Below are positions 61,601 to 64,000 of a stretch of DNA of 64,000 nt, piece by piece. Position 1 is the stretch's first letter; every line of letters starts with the position of its first letter. The position numbers and the translations under genes are program-made. A model generated the notes under the pieces. It worked only from the letters and a program-made list of their open reading frames with translations, was not told the origin of the DNA and ran no database searches. This stretch comes from Stylophora pistillata (lineage: Eukaryota), in NCBI RefSeq assembly GCF_002571385.2, contig NW_019218011.1:10299-74298 (forward strand). Direction: 5' to 3'.

Positions 61601-62951
61601 CAATATCTAAAAACGTTCAAACCCGTTATTTCGGAATACTTAGATACTTTAGGACTCTGGAGTCGCAACTCAGAGTTAAGGTCAGGGCCCGCGCCACAAA
61701 TTAAAAAATAGGGGTAAGATGAATTATGATGCATCAAATATTTTTGCTTGCACGCGATTGGTTTAAACACATCACGTGATCGAATACTCTCCCGCTCAAA
61801 CTGGATGAGACTCGTGAATATGACCCAAGTGATATCACCCTATCTTCAAACCTTACGTGTCCTTCGATAGGTCTTAATTTAAAAGTTATGTGAAGATGAG
61901 AGAGAGCGTTTGTGGTTGTTACAGAAGTGAGGAAATGTTTTTTTGTTCATTAAGTCATACCAGAGAAAACTCAGAAGAAAACATGTCACGCTGCACATGG
62001 TAAACTGTTCCGAAACATTTCTTCACGCGCATTAAAAAATATCTGAAGGGTAATAAACACAATAGACTTTATTTTTCCCGAGAATATACTTGTATATTAG
62101 TCCTTGGACACCATCTGTTCCTCGAAGCTCACTTATTTCTTCGAGCTTCGCTTTCGGAAAGCTGTTCGCACCTGAATACAAATAATGTCAGCGGACAAAT
62201 ATCTGTGCATATTTCCGCGCAAAATAAAGGATATAGTTTATATTTTGATCAATTTGAATCAGCTAATTCAAATATATCGAGATTTCAGTTCTGTCACTTT
62301 TTTTTTAGGAATATCAATTGCGATGAAAAGGAGAGATAGACTGTCGTATCAGATACAAGCTTGCTCAATCACAGTAGCATTACGGTGGAGCAAAGTGATT
62401 TTTTAGATTTCAAGTGACAGAAACATTTTTTTTCAGAAGAATGATTCGTCAGGCAACCTTTTGATTGCGACTGCCGTGTTGTAAATATGATGGTTAGTTA
62501 GATGTGCTATGATCTTTACTGATGGAAATTGATGTAGCGATCTTAATTTTTTTTTTTCCGTTACGAGTCATGAGTATCTCAGCAATTAATTGCTCATGTG
62601 CTCACAGTTGAGACCGCGGAGAAGAGACTGATAAGGACTTTCTGCAGCGTACACAAACTCCCAAACTATAAACAGTGAAATCCCGTACGTATCAAATCAA
62701 CTTGATTGAATATTTCAAGATCGTAAGATTGTTTACTTTGCTATTTCTTCTTGTAAAAGTTGAAATGGTGCGATTTATAGAAATAGTTTACTGCAAGAAG
62801 TTCGGGACAAATGAAACAAACTAACCATGACATGTTTTGTTATCCGATGATAAGCGTAATCCTGGATCTGGACATTCACATTTGTAGCTTCCAACAACAT
62901 TGACGCACTTGTGACTGCAGCCATCATTTGACAGAGCACACTCGTCAGTAT
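58623..62951 (-). CDS. Second ZP-domain membrane protein (EGF_Ca x2-ZP-furin site-TM); 5' part not identified, probably beyond the window
   Basis: Exons: TM 58623-58759, ZP-C 59713-60014 (RKKR), ZP 60773-61364, EGF 61481-61606, EGF 62826-62951; same intron phases and 126/302-nt exon sizes as the first ZP gene. Confidence 0.85.
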
Positions 62952-64000
62952 CTGAAAAAAGTTTATTTCAGGATGAATACGGATACTTTGAGGGACGAGA
63001 AGGGGGTCTGGTTTCAGAAACAGAGTTGTGTTCAGGATCCGCGCAGCAGGTTTACGAGTGGCGTGGCTTTGAAGCGAATCGAACTTGTAACTTGTGGTGT
63101 CGGGTAACATGTTCTCCCAGAAATAGTCCACTTAAATATTATTCAGTTCAATTCAGATAATTGAAATATATCGAACTGATTTCTCTCTTTATTTATCGAC
63201 TAAAGGAAAAGGGGTTCTTCCCATTATACGGTCAGGTTGTCAAATCACACTTCTGTCACGGTGCAGCAAAGTCATGTTTAAATCTCGGGCAGTACGTAAA
63301 AAGACTTCTGTTGCAGTTTAATTAAATAATGAACAAAATTAAAATCACCTGACTAAGGTATTTGACACCCTCAGGAAACAGCTATGGCGAGTCTCGACTT
63401 AACCCAATGGTTAGGGTTGGGGTTGCAGAAATCTATTGACTTTTTTCCAGTATTTTGATACTAGGGTTACAGTTTAGGGTTAGGGTTTGCGCAACCACAA
63501 GTCAAGTGACAAGCAGTCTCATTGCCCTCTTGCACCCTGTGGCAAGTAGCCAGATTGCACTGGTCTTGTTGAGCTCAAAACCTTTTGCAGGAACCTGATA
63601 ATTTAAAAACTGTTAGTGGCACTTTATTTTCTACCCCGAAAGTCAGCCCTGCCAGGCTTTTGACAACTACCCTTCCCCTTTAAATCCCTATTCTTTAGTA
63701 AGATTTGCACAAAAATTTCTAGTTTTACTAATATCATAACTAGTTAAGAGGTTGCATAGTTAGAGGCATGAAAATAGCAATATAGTGACAAAAAGAAGAC
63801 TTTATTAATTAATTCCTAACCCTTTTCTAGCAAGCCACGCATATACCGATATGTAGTAACTTCTACTATTACTGTTGTTATTTGTTTCTTGTTAAAATTA
63901 AGAGACAACATTACGTAAGTGTGTACATCGCAAGGCTGTTTGATCTGACACCTATTGCAGCCTAAAACATCCACAATGATTCCCGATTTCCATTGCAGTC

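Noticed and set aside
63408-63487. Telomeric TTAGGG repeats
   Set aside because: Only about three scattered units; too short to call a telomere or interstitial array

Overview
Eukaryotic (animal) genomic DNA, AT-rich with GT-AG introns; the gene and repeat content looks like a stony coral or related cnidarian draft assembly (single-n joins at 1325, 9090, 13720, 22179, 46567 and 54349, a 12-n gap and a ~1-kb gap). Host genes: (1) two paralogous TPR-CHAT (TTC28-like, caspase-clan protease) genes built from 120-bp/40-aa TPR units with a conserved frame and hypervariable helix-A positions. One is a deleted and truncated pseudogene. The other is full length with an intact His/Cys dyad but two in-frame stops, and has candidate NF-kB and IRF sites upstream. 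(2) An intact 10-exon EHBP1-like gene (NT-C2 + bMERB, no CH domain, no CaaX). (3) Two tandem minus-strand EGF-ZP-TM genes, one with duplicated C-type lectin exons that differ mainly near the sugar-binding site. The rest is decayed mobile DNA: LINE, DIRS-like, Gypsy, a tyrosine-recombinase fragment, Harbinger/PHIS and ISL2EU two-gene elements, Penelope elements with hammerhead ribozyme motifs, tRNA-derived SINEs, and a four-layer nest (P transposase > P-type MITE > IS3EU > MULE-type MITE) with readable target-site duplications. Best candidate for an under-described system: a repeat-diversified TPR sensor fused to a caspase-like protease. All calls were made by eye; no searches were run.
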